Assembly: GCA_000320545.1 (NCBI GenBank)
Contig: ADNK01000006.1
Coordinates: 1 to 55,712 of the forward strand
Source: Bigelowiella natans CCMP2755
Taxonomy: Eukaryota; Protista; Cercozoa
Direction of reading: 5' to 3'
Length of the DNA stretch: 55,712 nucleotides
Below are positions 1 to 15,433 of the stretch, piece by piece; within the stretch, counting starts at the first letter, position 1, and each line of letters begins with the position of its first letter. The position numbers and the translations under genes were made by a program. Below the pieces are notes generated by a model. The model saw only the letters and a program-made list of their open reading frames with translations, did not search any database and had not been told where the DNA came from.

Positions 1-66
1 ACTCTCTCTCCTCCTCCTCCTCCTCCTCTCCCCCCCCCCCCCCCCCCCTGAATCATCACATTGCAG

Positions 67-1121
67 ATATGCCAGCCTGATGCCGTTACACCGTGGCGTG
101 TGTGGACGTGATTCGCTACTACAGTCAAGACAGAGGATTCCAAGATTCTACAATGCCTGGATCACAAATCCAATGTAGAAGAAATAGTAGTAGTAGTATA
201 TATATATATATATATGTATATATAATACATATTTCTCCTGCTGATCTTATTCTGTTGAAACTAACAGAGGGACAAAATGGCCAGGAGGTGAGAGCTACGA
301 TGACGCTCGCCGTCGCATCGTGGTACTCTACTAGAGAATGAATGAATGCCAGCATATCTAGCACAACTCACATGATGATGATGATCATCATCATCATCAT
401 CATCATCATCATAGTGCCAAGATAGTATTCACAAACTACGACGACAGACACGCACACACACTATGGATATGTTTGATTAAAAACAATCCTGGTTGAATAC
501 AGAATTTACACAAAAAAACACTTAGGAGCGCTCTCGTGCAGCACCGCACATTCTCATATACATATTATAAATATTATGTGATTGAATATCGCCCTGCTGG
601 CTAGGATATGAGCCAAACATCGTTGTTTTAATTTTCACTGCAGCCCCTGCGGGCAATGTAGCATTTCTCAGAATCATCATCCAATGCACGTTTTGATACC
701 TAATACTTACCCTCGTATCCCCCCCCCCACCGTTTCTCTTTGGTTCAACAAAGGGTTGCTTGATCGAGATTGAGCAGCAGCCAGCACCGGTGGTCGTCGT
801 GTCCCATATCGCTGTCTTGCAGCTGCTCTATGCATACTTTACGGGAGACTTCGATGTCAGAAATTGCTACACGATGCAAATACCAATGCACACGGTATGT
901 GTATGCATGATTCCCCGCCGTCCTTCCCTCCTACTTATTATTCCTCAATGTACTAGTATTGCATCATGGGGGGGGGGGGGAAGGCGAGGCTTGACAAAAT
1001 TACGACTATCGATCACGGTGCGACAAAGGATAAGTTCCACCAGGCATCTTGCAAACACAAATGTCTTGATACTACTACTACTACTACTTTCAGCATATCT
1101 TAAAACGTGTATGTTCACACA

Positions 1122-1160
<39 letters not shown>

Positions 1161-1907
1161 TTATCATGCAGGCCATTATTCTGGAACCTCTTCAAGGGGG
1201 ATCTTACAAGTCGACTATGGTATCGTTTGATAACAATGGTACTACTCGGAAAGAAGTGGATATCAAGCACCTACAGTTTCCGCCTCCGGTCAGTATTTGT
1301 GGTGATGTTGATACGATAATGATAAGGATGGTAATGATGATCACGATGATGATGATAGTGAAGAGACGATGCTCCTACTCTCGTTCGCAAATGATGATAT
1401 TTATGTTTTTCATAATTCTTCTTGGAATTTATTGATAATATTCATCTCATCCACTCGTCTCGTCGTCGTTCTTCAACCTTTCCGTGTGTTCGATCCTGTC
1501 TGTATACACTACCACCACAGATCTCACAGTCGGCCATGTCTGGTCATCAAGCAGGAGGGAACACCAACAACACCAACAACACGTATAACATGTACAATCC
1601 ATTGAGGTTATCTCCTGAACCTCTCTCTCTCGGATCTTCCATCAAACGCCTGGGTAGTGGTAGCGACGAGCACTACGATGCAGCAGCAGCAGCAGCAGGA
1701 GGAGGAGGAGGAGGAAGATCCCGTGCGAAATCACCATCCGCAGAGCTACTCCTCCCTCCTCCCCTGGGCAGTAGCAGTAGTAGATGGCGGCTATTCTCTT
1801 ACAAAGCGATGTTCTTAGCGCTTGTAGCTTCGATGACTGGTGCGGGCATGTGGATTGTGCGACGATTAGCTCAGGAAGAGGAAGAAGCTGCAAGGAAACG
1901 GGGTTGA
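67..1907 (+). CDS. 3' part of 6-phosphofructo-2-kinase/fructose-2,6-bisphosphatase-like histidine phosphatase, multi-exon, 5' end outside window, C-terminal TM segment
   Basis: Spliced peptides KWPGGESYDDARRRIV (~270-322), GCLIEIEQQPAPVVVVSHIAVLQLLYAYF...IPMHT (~754-894), AIILEP...FPPP (1172-1288), last exon 1521-1907. Matches the FBPase-2 pattern (Y/W)PxGESYxDxxxRxxxxxxExExxxxxVxVxxH. Confidence 0.75.
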
Positions 1908-1989
1908 TGATTCAAAGTCGTCCTTCTATGTAAGAAAAACGACAACGGGAAGGATGATAAAAGGATTATGATACATCAGCAGATCAATG

Positions 1990-2023
<34 letters not shown>

Positions 2024-2169
2024 ATTAGAAGAAGAAGAAGAAGAAGAAGAAGAAGAAGAAGAAGAAGAACCTTGTTGCTCTCTTTAGATCTCGGTTATGA
2101 TACGTGGACAATTCATCTTATTCTCATTGTCTTCATTATATGCTATGCTGCATTTGCAATGATAGTGTA

Positions 2170-3260
2170 AATATGATGCATGCGACCTAGCTAAATCGTC
2201 TCTGTTGTGTGTGTTTGCTGTATGTATTTTTACACTCACGCACGCTCACACGAATGCACTGCACATATTTTAAGTGTTACCGTCGATAAAGATCCCGATA
2301 TTTTCATACCTACACTTGCTACAGTCATCACATTTGGCATTAATGTCTAGATGTTGCGCAGCTATGCGAGCGTTCTTCATGTATATGTGTGTGTCGTGCC
2401 GTGCTACATGCTAGCATGTCTAGCTTGATGTAGGCTAGGTAGCTAGGTCGTATTTAGAGTGTATGTGTAACAATGAAGGCACAATTTTTAAAGCAACGTA
2501 CTACGCTAGTACGTCTATGCATGCGGAGACTATCCATAACTATCATGACTAAGGAGCATGCTAGCATATACGACACCGCTAGACCGCCATCGAGCAATCT
2601 AGCAATTGCATCTACTGTCAAGTAAGAGACAGTAGTTTATATATTTATGTGTACAAAGTAAGAGATAGTACATGTATTTACAATGCATACGTGTCTCTAA
2701 CTCCATGTAGGTACTTCATGTAGGTCTAGAGATAGATGTCACGATGTAAAGAGCTAGCTAGCTAGAGAGTTCTGTAGATGCCCATCACACTTTTACCCAC
2801 AAGCTAGCAAGATGGAACAATGTGTGCATGATAAATCTAGAAATGCCCGCCATGACTGGATGAGCACATCTTGCTAGCAGCTATACTTACATGACATGTG
2901 TTAATTTCAGTACACGTTTAGACGCTTGCAAACACATCTAGATCTAAACACGTGGCTATTTATGTGTTCATATGTAGCATCTGCGCAATGGGCGAACGCC
3001 GCTACAGCGTATAAGCAGTGGCAGCAAGCCACCGCAGCTACATTTCGCTGACTATGCTAGCTAGCTACAGTGCGCCACACGTACGCACATGCATAGACAT
3101 TCGTAGGTGAACCTCATTGTTAACATTACGAGCATTGCAATAAGTATGCGACTGGTCCAGCACGGTAACCATAATAACCAACCACCACGACATTCCTCCT
3201 CCTATTGAAGCGGACTATGCATGCACAAACATCTAGACATGGCTAACTAGCTAAGCAAGC
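2170..3260. other. Intergenic tract rich in short palindromes (GCTAGC, TAGCTA, CATG, TGCA, TCTAGA)
   Basis: Examples: gagctagctagctagag, gctagctagctac, catgctagcatg. Similar tracts at ~23990-24520, 32400-32770, 34540-35220, 41850-42365, 46050-46660, 51340-51710. Confidence 0.7.
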
Positions 3261-3589
3261 AGCAGATTTCATATTTTATGTGGCTAAAAATTTATACTAA
3301 ATTTTAAAAATAATTTAATCACTAACGACATACAGGCCTGGTATACTGGGTAGCATAGAGGTTGATTTCATACTGTATCCTAGATTTCACATGCCAAACG
3401 TCTTCGTGTCGGGATGTCGCCTCCAGCATGTAATCGGAGCGAATCTCGTCATAGAAGAGCATAATTATATCTAAAACCTCCGTTAAAAATATCACACGGA
3501 AACCTGTAAACAACAGAAGACGAAATTGTAGGAGAATTATTGTTGGTTTGGTGGTCGATTTTCAAGCTTTAACTGCTCCGACTTTGCTT

Positions 3590-3685
3590 TTAGTGAGGAT
3601 ACCGAGACCTTGATAGCTGCTCCATGCTCTGTCCAGTCGCGTAAAGATACGCTGCACACGCTACCACCGCACCTGTGTTCGTCAT

Positions 3686-3724
<39 letters not shown>

Positions 3725-4338
3725 GTGGTGAACCGTAAGTACTTCGGAATCTTCTTATCAGAAGCTGTAAATTAGCACTACTTTTACCAATGCCACTACT
3801 ACTACTACTACCGCTGCTGCTGCTGCTGCTGCTACTACTACTGCTGCCAAAAAAAAGTACCGATAAATATCGTGCTTATTGACAACAATGCAATGTAGTA
3901 GCCATCTAGCGCGGCAAACGTCGCATCGGCAGCGTCGTCAGTATTGCTATCATCTCGACGATAGTTGAGGCAAGGAGGATGCTGGGGGAGGAAGAGGAAA
4001 AGAGGAGGAGGAGGAGGAGGAGGAGGAGGAGGAACAAGAAGAAGAAAAAGAAGAAGAAAGCGCGTAATGGATGATGAGATTGAAAGTGTTATTATTGTAT
4101 GGTGATGAATCCTAAGGGAAAAACGCTGCATTGAGCGACTAATCTATCGTTGGTGTAAGGATGTGCTTGCACGCATAATACCGAAGGGAAGGGGCAGATA
4201 CAATCGCCGCTTTGATTTTGACGGAAGGGGCCAAAGCATATCCCCTGGCAATCTAGTAGCAGAATAATAATGATAATAATAATAATAAGAAGAAGAAGAA
4301 GAAGAAGAAGAAAAGCACACGGGTGAGACACATGATAT

Positions 4339-4369
<31 letters not shown>

Positions 4370-5126
4370 AATGATAACCACCACGATGAATGTATACTAC
4401 ACAAGAAAAATTAAGGACATCATCATCATCATCATCATCATCATCATTGTTATGAACTCTCATGGTTAATATAGTCCTCTCCCTAAACAACGGCAATAGT
4501 ACTCCCGCCAGACGCACATCAATATTGTACCTTTCTCCTGATTCGGAAGAAGCTTAGTGCTACCCCCCACGCATGTTCCACAATCATCGATGTATGCATC
4601 ACCATTCCCTATCCCCGCACAGTCGGTTTTGCAGTTGAGAGCATTGAATGTGCTACATTCACCACACCCCTGAAACAGCAGCATACAGCATAGACAATAA
4701 AGAAAAACATCGCTCGTAAATGATGACAACGGTTTAATCTTCTGATGACGCTGCTGCAGTGCCATCGTATCTATCATCACGCCATACGCAACCCAGTTGT
4801 TTTCGTTCAATACTACTTTCTGATTGAGCTGCAAAGTATTGTCCAAGGGTGAGAGGGAGGGGTCAAGAGTGATGAATACAAACGGCCCGGCCTCCCCCCC
4901 TCCGTTCAAGAAGCTTATCCGCACACCAACGGTGACACTGCGCCTCGATGAGGACGAGTCCACAAGGCCGGGCAGAGACGTGCAGATGATGGCTTTTAGA
5001 TGCTGATCATAGTAGGCTCCTGTCGTTCTCATAGACCCGCCAAATCTTTTCATAATTATGGGAAGAATCTTGTCATCCTCCTCCTCCTCCTCATCATCAT
5101 CACCATCCTCATCATCCTCATATCAC

Positions 5127-5161
<35 letters not shown>

Positions 5162-5857
5162 CAAAATGGTCGTATGGCTTGTGGAGTTTAATAGCTGTAA
5201 CATAACATAAATATGCTGGTAGCTGTGGAAGAAGGGGGGAGGAGGAGGAAGAGGTATTGCAGGGGAATCTTTATTGTTATGACTCTTCTTCTTATCATTA
5301 GACGCTTTCTATTGAGATAGTAGTGGTACTGCCCACTCTCTTCTTCTTCTTCTTCTTCTTCTTCTTCTTCTTCTTCTTCAACTACTACTCGAGCTACTAC
5401 TATTACTACTACAAACACCGACTTGAGCTCAAACGGAAGAGCTGGCGGAGCGTTCATCAGCTCTCCACCCATCACCTAGAAAGAAACAATAGTAATAATT
5501 TGTACACGCAAGATTACATCTCTGCAACAAACACATGTTTGAGTAAAGGAGAGAGTGAGAGCTAGAGAGAGTAATCATGTTGTAATTATTCTTAGTTTGC
5601 AGCAGCAGCACCTTGAGTGTGATTGGTAGTGTTGATGGAGAAGCTGGTAGTAACGAAGGTGTTATGCACAACGTCTCCTCCTGGTGGGGGAGGGCAAAGG
5701 GAAAGAGGAGGAAAGAAATCATCAAAATCTGTCTTACCATTCTAAACCATAGAGCACATTAGATTCCCTCACACTCACACTCACACTCACACACGCACAC
5801 ACACTCTCTCTCTCTCTCTCACTCACTCTCGGAGAGAGAGAAGAGTAAGAGTGAGAG

Positions 5858-5891
<34 letters not shown>

Positions 5892-6023
5892 GAAATGCAT
5901 TGAATTTTCATTACATGGTGGCGTGTAAACACCGACGTGCGACCTGCCTCAACGCATCTGTCAAAGGAACAAGAAGACAACAACAACAACAACAACAACG
6001 AAAGATATGCGTGTGCATTGGGG

Positions 6024-6068
<45 letters not shown>

Positions 6069-6671
6069 AGTGAAACTGTGCAGTCACAGTGAAGATTGCA
6101 AGATATCTGTACTAATATACTATCCACACACACACACACACACACACGCATGATATATATCCGTATTATTATTATTATTATTTATTTTTTTTAATTATCT
6201 GCAGTGGTAATATTACGCCTTCCTCGTCCGGTTGCAGGCACAAAGGCCATTGCCCAGCAGTTGAAATGGCCCATTACACACCTGTCGTTGTTTCTCATTA
6301 CTTCGATCGTTGTGTGAGATACGGCGAAGGTGAAGAAAGGCGTGCGTGTGTGTTGTGCTGCTGCTGTGTTGATGATTCATTCCTCCATACCCCTTGGCAA
6401 TCGACATTCTGATCTGGAGCGATGCCTAATGGTGGATAATACACCATTAAAATGTGAACAACTAAGAGCTGCGTGCGTCAAGAGTTGTTGTATTTGTTGT
6501 GATTAAGCAGGCCATAATAATGACGAATAATGATAATGATACTCATGATGATGATGCTTATGATGATGATGATGATGATGTAATAGTAATACATGCCCTA
6601 CCTGTGCTTCCTCCAGCGCAAACACCACACCCGTCTCTCTTCGCCGAGCTTTTAAATATAAACATCACTAT

Positions 6672-6712
<41 letters not shown>

Positions 6713-7544
6713 CCTCTCTATACTCACACATTGTTTGCTACTTATTCTCTGCGTTGATAATATGCACCTCGAAGCAATGAGCAAAAAATGTTGTTATTCT
6801 GGGAAATATTCATACGATTGCTGCTGCTGCTACTACCCCATCCATACTCCGGAGCAGTCTCGATAGCATGTACGCTGTGTATTTAGATACGTCGATAATG
6901 ATGAGGTTGAGTTAAGTTGCTATTGTTGTTGTTGTTGTTGTTGTTGATGATGATGATGATGATAATGACGTACATTTGTAACAGTGTGACATCTATCGCA
7001 AAGAGCTGAAACAGAGGAGGCGTTCTTAAGAACGTTACTGCCGATTAAAGGGGAGTTGGTGTCCACTAAATAATATATATAAATAGGGTTAGGATGATGA
7101 TGACGACAACGATGATGATGTGAAGATGATGACATCAGCAATAGATAGTATAATTGTGGTAGATCTTTCTCTCTCTCTCTCTGTCTCTCTCTCTCTCTCT
7201 CTGTCCTATTCTCCCTTTCAATAAACTTTTATGATACTACTCATTTGGAAAGATTTATTCTGTTTATTTTTCTTCTTTCTCAATGTCCTTACTACTACTA
7301 CTACTACTACTACCACTTCTTCTTCTTCTTCTTCTTTTTTCCCACACAGCATGAAACATTAAACATCAAACATCTATAAGTGGTGCTTCTTCAAGCTACT
7401 TCTGTTGCTACTACTACTACTACTACAAAATGATAGAAGAAGGACCGAATGTGAGGAAAAGAGCATTTGTCGGTAACACGACGGAATTAACCAACACGTA
7501 CACTGCAACCTGCCGCGCATACACAATACATAATTAGACACACA

Positions 7545-7602
<58 letters not shown>

Positions 7603-7685
7603 ACACTTGACGAATCTTTCACAATAGGATGGAGAAGCACTATATGAAAATACCAGCACTAAAGCAGATAGGGAAGAGATGAAGG

Positions 7686-7717
<32 letters not shown>

Positions 7718-7729
7718 ATAGGTGTAGGT

Positions 7730-7770
<41 letters not shown>

Positions 7771-7854
7771 ACTACTACTACCGTTGCATTCGAGCCTGTT
7801 GGTACTGCTAATCCTGCAGGCTAAACACATATTGTATATGTACATATAAATAAA

Positions 7855-7898
<44 letters not shown>

Positions 7899-8467
7899 AT
7901 CACACATATATACATATATATAGTAAAGAGACCGTTGGTGCCTCGCCAGCAAATGCTAGTAGTACTACTATACTACTACTACTACTACTACAACTACTTA
8001 CTACAAGCACAGCACCTGGCATTCAATGTAATTGCCAGCTACTATAAATCTGCCCAAAACAGTCGCATCCCCAACCTGCATAGTGTGTCATCATCATTAT
8101 TAACATCATCATGATTACTAATCATCATTAGGCGGTATTTCTTTAATTCTTGCTTCATCATCATTATCATGATTCTCTCCTCCTCCTCCTCCTCCGCTTC
8201 CTCCTCACCTTGCACTGTACTATGCATGAGTGCCCGACAGCAGGACACACATCGTGCTCGGTTCCGATCCTACAAGATAATGATTGAGGTGATGATCATG
8301 CCGATGAAGATGACAACGATATATTGGTGGTGGTGGTGGTGGTGGTAGTAGGAACATTCATTTCTACTGTGATAATAATGAATAATAGTAGTAGTAATAA
8401 TAATGGTGACAATCAAACGAAGCAGAGAGGAAACGACGTGCTGGCTAAGGAGAGGGTAGTAAGACTA

Positions 8468-8500
<33 letters not shown>

Positions 8501-8966
8501 CTGTACACCGTAATCATCATGCAGTCATCACCATCATGATCGATCTATCTCCCACCACCACCTTAGGTAGTAGTCGGTATTGATAAATCCGGATTTGGGC
8601 AGATATTGTGGACTTAAGCACGTGCGTTGGTAGAGAAGGTGGGAGGGGTATGGTGGCTCCCTGACGTAATCATATAATATAATTAGTATAATTATATATA
8701 ATATATATATATATAAATACACATATATATGACGTGAGATCAACGTAAAAGAAATAGCATGAAGTGTTTTTTTGGTATACAAGTGATAATGTTATATTCT
8801 GTCAACTATGCGTAAGAAATAGAGCCGAGTCATAACTAGCTTGGCACTATTTTTTGCAATGTATAATGAGTAATGTGTGTGTGTGTGTGTGTGTGAGTGT
8901 GCAAAAGAGTGTGAGTGTGTTGTGTTTGTGTGCACTGAAACATTTATAACAATACACAACCCCCCC

Positions 8967-9034
<68 letters not shown>

Positions 9035-9780
9035 GGTGTACCTAGTTCCTCCTCCTCCTCCTCGGTTTTCAAAGATTGTTCTTGGTACGGCCCCAAAGGT
9101 ATTTCGCATACACACACCCACATCCAAATCGCAGTAACAAGCTTCACCAGTCGGGTAAATTGATGTTATCGGTACCTTCATGTATTAATATGTGTGTGTG
9201 TGTGTGTGTCAACTACATCCTATTGCCTGTATTGCAATAATTAATCATACCGATGATATCGGTATTATCATCGTAGTAGCAGTTGTAGCAATAATAGCAA
9301 TAATAGTCAGTAGTTTTTAGTTACAGTAACCGAATGCATGAGAAAGTTCCCTTGGCAGATGCCAGCACAGTCAGCCATTTGATTGAACCCCATACCTACG
9401 TGGTGGTGGTGGTGGTGGTGGTGGTGGTGGTGGTGATGATAGCAGCAGATATTTGTAGTACCTGTGCTGCCTTCCACGCATAGCCCACAATCATCTATCC
9501 GAGCTGTTCCAGAATACGTTCCAGTGCAATCCTTTGACCACGGAGAGAATACGATTGATGTATTATGAAGACGAACCAAAGAATATTTATAATGTGGTGT
9601 TGTTATTGCTGCTGTTTATTGACTAGGTTGCTGAGTGTGGAAATCCATTATCATTCAAATCACACTCGTACTCACCTTTTTGCAGAAGTCAGGGTGAAAA
9701 CGTGCACACGACGTGCACATTCCATGGTCGCGCTCTAATCGTAATTAGGGAGAGGGGAGTTATGACAATATGACTCTCTC

Positions 9781-9840
<60 letters not shown>

Positions 9841-10743
9841 TGTGTTTGTGGGTGTTTGGTTTGGAGCATGCGATGATGACCGGATATTGTCACATTGTAG
9901 CGGGAATCGGTAGGGAAAAGGTACTCCTAGAGGAAGAAGAAGTAGTAGAAGAAGAAGAAGAAGAAGAAGAAGAAGAAGAAGAAGAGAAGAAGAAGAAGAA
10001 GAGAAGAAGGAATAAGAAAAGAAAAGACAAGAAGAAGTGTTATTATTAACATCATAATACACATTGAATGCAAGTGGGTGTATATACGTGTACACGCACG
10101 ACTCAATTTCATCCTTACCACGGAAAGAAACGTGCTAGAATTGTGCAGAACGCCATTTATCTTACAGAACAAGGGAGGGGAGGAAGGGGGGGGGGGGATG
10201 TAGCAAGAATATCACCAAAACAAGAAACTAATTCTCCAACTGCATTAAGATGTTTCATTGCTTTTCCGGAACACCACTTCCCATGGTATGAAGATGTGAG
10301 TGACCACAAACAAGCGTTAGGTGCGTGCATTCAAATTTCCTCTCTCTCTTTCTCTAACAACAAGTACATGCAACTATGCTACCCCCCCCCCCCCCCCCCT
10401 CCCTCTCGACTAGTCACTGAGTCACCTGGAGACGTATAGGGATAACAACAGATGTCGCATTGTCCACCTTCATGCGCATGGATAAGTACAAATATTTGGA
10501 AGAAGTGATTGTAGTAGTAGTAATGGTAGTAGAACGAGTAATAGTTGTTATAAGGTGCAGGTAAGGAAATGGTTACTAGAATAATACACTACTCCTCATT
10601 TTCTCTTTATCATCTGACTCACATAAGAAGAGACTTGATTGATGTTGTACTTGTTATAGTAGTCACCTGGAAGATCTGTGGGGACTGACATCTCATGGTG
10701 TTATTGCCACGATCATACCGCCCTTCACGTACCAACCACACGA

Positions 10744-10777
<34 letters not shown>

Positions 10778-10926
10778 ACTCAGACACAGATAATACAGCA
10801 AATTATATATTGTATGCTATTATTCTCTGCCGAGGTTGTTCGTAAAGCGAAGATGTGAAGAACTATCACCTGTAACGTGGACGTTTCCGAAGAGGCACTC
10901 CACAACACACGCTAACTCGCACACAC

Positions 10927-10965
<39 letters not shown>

Positions 10966-11401
10966 AGTTTCAGGCAAAGAACATGACAAAGCATAATGAT
11001 GCAGCAGCACACATAATAAGAGTGGTGAAAGAAAGTTTGTGAGCAGCCTGAGAAGTGATGATGATATTGTCAACAAACCGGTTGTCGTTTGGCATTGCTG
11101 GGGGGCGACTTGCATTGAAATATGCACTGAAACAACACAATAGTAGTAGTAGTAGTAGTGATATGATAAACACACGTCGTCGTCTTTTAGTCACCCTTGA
11201 CAGCTCATCAGGCAAGAACAACATCTACTCTTTCATGCTTGTAGATCAGCAGCACTACAAGCAGCTATTACCAACAATGAAGAAACAGGAGGACACTACA
11301 CATGGTGGAAAAGACTACATACATATATCTATATCTATATGTATATATACACCATCATCATCGTCATCATGATTCCCAATAGGCAATTCTCCAATTCCTA
11401 T

Positions 11402-11437
<36 letters not shown>

Positions 11438-11649
11438 CACAACCGAGTGAGTTGATATTTGCTCTTGTAATATTGGGAGATACGCACATGCTGCTTTGCC
11501 CTATTGACGACGACGTGTGCTTATACAACGTGTAGTTGCTGCATCCTACGGATGAATAAATGAATAAACGACGGTTGTTCAGAGAAACAGTGCAGCTCAG
11601 TGCTGCTGCCTTGTGTTTTTTTAAGCATACATTTGGTATATAACACTAT

Positions 11650-11684
<35 letters not shown>

Positions 11685-12742
11685 GCAGTCCCTCTGCTTC
11701 TTTACAACGAATGTTTCTCTCCTACCAATGCTCCCCTCCGTGCACAGGCACTGCTGTGATGAGCTTCCAGGCTGCGGCACGAGCTTGAAGTGTCCTGTTC
11801 AAACGTGAGGAGGGGGGGGAGGGGGGGATAGTCGCATGATTTATTTTGATGATAAGATTGTAGGAATAAAACCGAGTTTCAGTAAGAGCACGCTATCAGC
11901 AGCATACGTCGGTTGTTATCATCATCATCATCATCATCATCATCATTGAGAACAGCAGTATTAAGCATTAGTGTGGACTGGTACCATAGCACAAACCGGC
12001 GCAATCCTGATGGATGGGGATAGAAAATAAACAACACACACAAAAAGAGTATTCACAAGGGCAACATTATCGTCGTCATCATCATCATCATTATCATCAT
12101 CATTTTAGCTTAAAAAAAATAACAATGGTAATATGTCCGATGATGATACAAATATAGAGTAGTTGTGGTTAGCAGCAGCAACCAGATTCTTATCTGGTAT
12201 TCGGGATGTATTGCCTCCCGCGCATACACCGCAACTATCCTTATAGGCTGCTCCTGCATCATCATTATTATCATCATCATTATCATCATCATAATAAGAG
12301 CTGCTACATCACCGTTTTGTACCAAAGTCATGATGTGTGTGTGTGTGCGCGCGCGCGCGCGCATGACAGACCCCCATATTCTCCATTGCAGTCTTGGGGA
12401 CAATCTACTCAAAGAAACAAGGAAAAACAACGACATGTTTATGAATCACAACATAGTAAACACCCCTCCCTTCCCCCTCCTCCCCCACACATACACACAC
12501 GCACGCACGCACGCACGCACGCACCTAAGGCCGTAGTTTCATAGCATAAGCTGCAAAATGCTGCCATTCTGAGAAAGGAATTAAAGAACGGTGAGAGTGA
12601 TAAAGAACGCCTGACTTTTTAGAGAGCGAAAGTATCTGTCAGCAAGAAAGAAGACCTTCTTCTTGGGTCATGTTCCACAAAAGCGTTATCCGGCCCCCGC
12701 ACTGTTATATACACTGGCTCGTGGTGGAAAGTCTAAATAGTG

Positions 12743-12780
<38 letters not shown>

Positions 12781-13003
12781 AGCCATGCATAATGAGCGTT
12801 GTGTGTTTTGTATAAGCACACACAAATACAAGGCATTTGTATATACACCCGCGCACACACTCTCTCACTCTTCCCCCATCTTCTTTTTGTTTTTGTTCTT
12901 ACTTCACTGTCCTGGATGATGGATACTTCGTATCGTGCTCCTATACTCAGCTTCGTCTGATTTTGTATTTGTTAGAAACAACGCACAAATCAAATCAACA
13001 TCA

Positions 13004-13052
<49 letters not shown>

Positions 13053-15397
13053 ATACAAATCTTTATTATGTATAAAGTAGTAGCTGCAGCAGTACAGGAT
13101 CGAGACTGGTAAACGTGCACTCCATGTTGTTCGTTGCATGACTCCAGAAGCATCCACCCTGTCGCATCGTTATCATTATCACCATCATCATCATCATCCT
13201 CATCGTTAATCATCGTTATCATAGTATGCAGTACCTGTGGAGCTCCTTGCACAGAAATCTTAGCTTCGTATGTGCACGTGCTGCATATCTGAACATTAAT
13301 TATGTAGAGAGAGAAGAAGATGAAGGAGGAGGTGGTGGAGGAGGAGGAGGAGAATGGGGAGTTGAGAAGAGAGAAAGAATGCAAAATAAAAACAACCACC
13401 AGATTTAAATATATCTGTGGTTTGAATATTTTCCAATCTTAGCCGTCGTAGAAAGACCCACCCACCAGCTATTGTCGTTATCGTTCTCATCAATATCATC
13501 ACCATCATATTCCTATCAATAATACCGAGCAATGCGTGGCCAAGAGGATCGTTAACGTCGTGGTCTTTGGAGATATCATCATCATCATCATCATTATCAT
13601 TATCATTGCATTAATACACATGACGACAAGTACAGTTTTCACTACATCCAACAGCAGAGCGTGCATATCGCTCATCAACAGAGCTTTGATGGAAAGAAAG
13701 AAGTGTTGTAGGAACCAAATAAAAAACGAGTGAGAAATTAGAGAGCGAGGAAAATAAGTGTCGCACTACTACTATTGCTACTATAACTACCGTGTTGGGT
13801 ATTATCGACGGGTATGAGCAGAAGCTGTCAGAATGTCGTATTATAGGGAAAGGAGGAGGCCGCGTGCCCCAAACAAGAACATGATCAGATGGGGTAAACG
13901 TACAACGAATAATACCCGAAAACAACATTCAGGCAACCGCACTAATGACTCATCACCAACTTTGATCGATGCAAACCACAACTACTTTAATTCGAACGAC
14001 GATTGATGAACACGTCTCTCATCTAATTTGTCCATTGCTTCGGCTGGTGTGCTTTGCTTTACTATTACCTCACACTTGTGCGTATAAAGTCCACTGTAAC
14101 TCCGCTCTACCACATAGATAAGACGTACAACAAATCAATCAAAGAGGAAGAAGTAGAAGAAGAAGAAGAAGAAGAAGAAGAAGGTATTAAGAAAGGAGGA
14201 CGAAATGAGGATTGAAGGCTGAATCGTTTTGTATCTCAAAATAGCATCAGGGTCATGTTTCCTTTTATTCTCCTCCTCCTCCTCCTCCTCCTCCTCCTCC
14301 TCCTCCTCCCTCGGTATGTTTCTTTCAACTAGAATTGCAGTAACCCACAATATCCAATACTAGTACTGAGCTTCACACCATCAATAACTTCATTGAATTC
14401 TTTTCGTATGACCAAAATCAACGGCGCTTAAAGTACAGTTAGGAAGATATAATATTACTGTTATTGTAAATATACAAACAACCCTTATCTTGCCATGGTT
14501 CGGATAGTACCTGAGAGAGTTGAAAATACCAAAACAGAGAAGTTAGTGCTGGATTTGAAAACAAGCCTGGCTAAGTTGAAGAAAAGGGTGATGATGAAAC
14601 AACCGATGCGTGTGCAAAAATGTGAGGAAAAACGTAGTAATAAATGATGATGATTATAGCGAGAATAGTAATTATACGAATAATAATGAAAGTAATAATT
14701 ACCCTCTCCGTGATACATTCCATCCTGCAAAGTTCGGTGTATTCGAGTACCTGCTCGGGTTGTAGGATGATGCAAAAGGAAATGTGTATAATTAAGTGAT
14801 TCCCACACGCAGCACACACACACACACACACACATGCACACACACATGCACTCACATACACATCGCAACTATCAACGTAAAATGCCGCATGAAGCAAAGA
14901 AGCACCCACCCACCCTTTGGTATGGTCTTGAGGCGGCCTGATACCTACTAGCCATTCACGACGTACAGAAGAAGAGGGGGTAGAACCTTGCGTCCAACAG
15001 CACACCTTATAACCAATATAGTAGTAATAACAAAAACAATGATCATAACAATGCCCTTCTTCCTGAATAGAAATGCTCTCCTTGGCTTCCTCCCCCCCCC
15101 TTGTGTCTTCGTTCTATGACCCTCCTCGCTTTCCCCCACCATATATTCCCTTCTTCTTCTTCTTCTTCTTCTTCATCATCATCATCATCTAATACCGGCC
15201 ATGGATCGGTGATCTCCTCCAGACGCATCCGAATTGTCCTGAAATGATGCAAGGCAGAAGAAGGGAGGAGGGGAGGGAGGGAAGGAGGGAAGATGAAGAT
15301 GATGATGATGATAATGAATGAAAAGAAGGTTGTTGATGGTAGAGAGAAAATACAAGTCCTCGTAATTACAAATTACAACTTGCTACGTCATCACATT

Positions 15398-15433
<36 letters not shown>

